Part shown: positions 61,430 through 64,000 of the stretch, in pieces | Layout of the letters: the number at the start of each line of letters is the position of its first letter | Numbering within the stretch: position 1 is the stretch's first letter | NCBI GenBank assembly: GCA_001687465.1 | Contig: LVLI01000172.1 | Span: 186,001 to 250,000, forward strand | Origin: Halocafeteria seosinensis | Lineage: Eukaryota | Direction: 5' to 3' | DNA length: 64,000 nt | Translations under genes and position numbers: made by a program | The notes under the pieces: model-generated | What the model saw: only the letters and a program-made list of their open reading frames with translations | Databases searched by the model: none | What the model was told of the DNA's origin: nothing

Positions 61430-63076
61430 GTGAAATGATGACTCTTCGAACTTTGAAGAAGCTGGAAATACAGAAGCAACTTTCTTGATACACGGAACAA
61501 GAGAAGTGTGTTCAGGAGGAGAAGCAATCAAAACACAACGTACAAACTTGTCCATGGAGACTGGCGAATAATCTAGAGAAAAGCTTTGGTAAAGTGAAAG
61601 CTGTGCTGCGGTCCAAAACGCAAGTGCAAGCCTCATCAGTACCCACAGTGCGCATCATACGCGCATTTCGACAACAGCATCCGCACGCGGATCTGCGCTT
61701 TATTGTGTTGCCACTGTTCGCGCCCGAGGAGCAGGACGCCGATCAATCCGCCAACCTTGATTTTCTGACGACGCTGTGCAACTGGGCAGGCGCGCAACGA
61801 TGTCATACATATGCGCGTTTTACGTCCGCCGGATGGGTACGGTACTACGGGTACAGAGAAGCGTACGATGTACTGGGCAAAATGGGATCGGGCTACGAGG
61901 TGCACAAGTCCGTCTGCTGAGTAGCGATAACATTTTCGTTGCATTACCAGCCGTACAAGTAGTGTAGAATTTAGTAAGTCCATGGTAGGATCATATATGT
62001 CATGACCAACAATGCTCTCATTTCATGTTGTATATGCGTTTTACACTTAAGTATATGAAACAGACGGATCGTTCACTTCTAGCCGTAGCATCTAATGCAA
62101 GCATCACACCGCTAGCCTTTATACCTTGAAGAAAAATTCGTTTTCAAGGTTCATAGACCTGTTGTTGTTCCGCGCATTTCCAACCAAAAGGGCATAATAT
62201 GCTGCCACCGGGTATACATGTCCATGCACTTCCTCCGGAGCAGCTACCGGCAGCAAACCAACTTCGGTCAAGTAACTTGCGCAAGGTGACTTCGTCAACA
62301 TTCATTTGGTCCTGAAGTTCTCAAATCTGCTCCAATCGGTCAGCTGGATCTGCTTCAGATCCAGTGCATTATCTTCACTAAGCGCTTTGCGGAATAAAGA
62401 CATGTTCTCTTCGTAGATGCTGGACCGGTTTCGGGTAGGGTTCACCCCTCACACAGCGTAGCGTAGTCTGTAGCAGACACGTCTTCCGGTAGGAGCAATA
62501 ATAATACACTCGCAGAGTAGATCAATCCGAGTATTACTTGATCTGCGTACTTAAGTGTGCCTTTAGTAAAACTCAGCATACGTCTTCGTAGGAGTGTGCG
62601 CAACACAGGACGTTAGAAATGTCTTCCGACGACAATGTATACTGTGTACTGTAATTCCCAACAGCAGTACCGTAGGTTTGCTTCTGAACAAGAGTCTTCT
62701 AACGGAAAAGCTAAAATGATCATCGGATACGGGTTTTTGCCGGCATGCTGTTTTGGCATTGTTGCGTATATTGGCTCCAAACCCTGTCCGTGCAGTTTCT
62801 TATGCATCGATTTTTGACGATCCCCAAAGCGCATGATACTACAGACGGTATGGGGAACATAGGCTACATAGCCGTGGATCTCTTTTATCCTTTTGCGTAT
62901 ATACTGTCTCTAGAATTGGTGCCCAGGTCAGCGGTCTTTAGAATATTGAACGTGACCCGTGATTTTTCACTGAACTACGAAAAAGCGAAGACAGAACCCA
63001 ATAAACTTGTTGCTATTATTCGGTCGCAATAAAGCAATGAGACGGCATCGGGGAGGCCCCAGGACAAGACTTTATG

Positions 63077-64000
63077 TCAGATGGATGATGAAGGGATACC
63101 GAATGTTCCCGCGACAAAACATATACAATTGTACCATATGCACGAATTTTCCTGTCCAATATACAATTTCCGAGCACGACCAATTTTGGTGGCGTATGGG
63201 AACCATGCCGAGATTGGAATGATCGTTCCCATTGTCATACAGATCGCATTTCTTGTATATTCCTGTTTGGAAACATGTCTTTTCTTTGATTCTGAGCTGA
63301 TGGCGCTTTTGTCTGTGCCAGAAATGTTTACACTTCTTGCCAAGGCATCCTGAGAACCGTTCCGAACGCCCAGTAAAGTGAAGACCAAGGGAATGGTAGC
63401 TGGGTTCTGTACCCTTGGTGCTGGCAAGTCGGGATACTTACTTCGATTGGTGCAGTCCAATGCGAACAGGGACGAAATTTTTATTACATTTGCCATTCAT
63501 AGTGAAGATAGGCAACTGATGCTGCTTCCGTAACTTCCGTTCTGGGAGAAAATCCTCTACTGTTGTACCAATGGTTACCCTGAAGGTGTACAGGTGCGGC
63601 AAGAAGCAGGGTACAAGTTTGTACCAAACTGGAGGATCTTGATGGTGTAAACCTTCTGGTCCAGTCGGCAATTTTAGCTCATACATTGCTATATCTCCAC
63701 GCAAGAGAATAGCATCCGGAGCCGGTACGTTGCTAGTTGCCGGCTGCCGCATTCTCCTGAGGTGCTTTTGTGCCTTCTCATATGCTTCACCTTCAACAAG
63801 GCGTATCCCCCATGTCAAACCACACAGGGAGTGTTGGACTCAATTCCTCGATAGCGGGCGCTGAGGATATGATCAAAAGAAACTAACCACTGCCACCACT
63901 ACCTGAGATGAGACGACACCAACGCATATTAGAACTTGCTTGCAGCAACGGGGAGATTCCTCTATCCTCGTCTTCGTGACACCGTCTCGAATGCGAACGC
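63077..64000 (-). pseudogene. Decayed coding sequence, possibly a Crinkler/RHS-type restriction-endonuclease-fold domain
   Basis: Fragmented frames with stops and frameshifts: FAFE..., QPATSNVPAPDAILL...YTFRVTIG. The motif resemblance is weak. Confidence 0.25.

Noticed and set aside
61297..61445. Two atgatga C-box motifs suggesting C/D snoRNAs
   Set aside because: They are the two copies of the TSD, and no convincing D box with a terminal stem was seen.

Overview
Gene-dense eukaryotic DNA (roughly balanced GC) with short GT-AG introns of about 60-100 nt and apparently the standard genetic code. The gene content suggests a flagellated protist, possibly a stramenopile, but that is inference only. 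About 16 protein-coding genes can be assembled from the ORF fragments: a membrane-anchored CAMK-type kinase running off the left edge, an SQ-rich coiled-coil protein resembling Mer2/IHO1/PRD3, NOL11, a mitochondrial carrier, a TFIIIC-delta-like protein, an LRR protein, a disordered protein, PIG-B, a ~6,560-aa SPRY/LamG/UBA/HECT E3 ligase, DHCR24, GPN3, a NOP56 N-domain-only protein, a UPF0193 protein, a large coiled-coil protein, GGTase-I beta and two paralogous Zn(II)2Cys6 factors that the ORF track misses because an intron splits the zinc cluster. The last ~8 kb is more dynamic, with a truncated PDH-E2 lipoyl domain, decayed ORFs and short insertions flanked by direct repeats. The most notable observations are a (TG)n-tailed short retroelement family (3 copies, one with a perfect 13-nt TSD), the NOP56 paralog lacking its RNA-binding half, the Zn2Cys6 pair, and the candidate meiotic Mer2/PRD3 homolog. 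All family assignments come from motif recognition by eye; no database searches were run.
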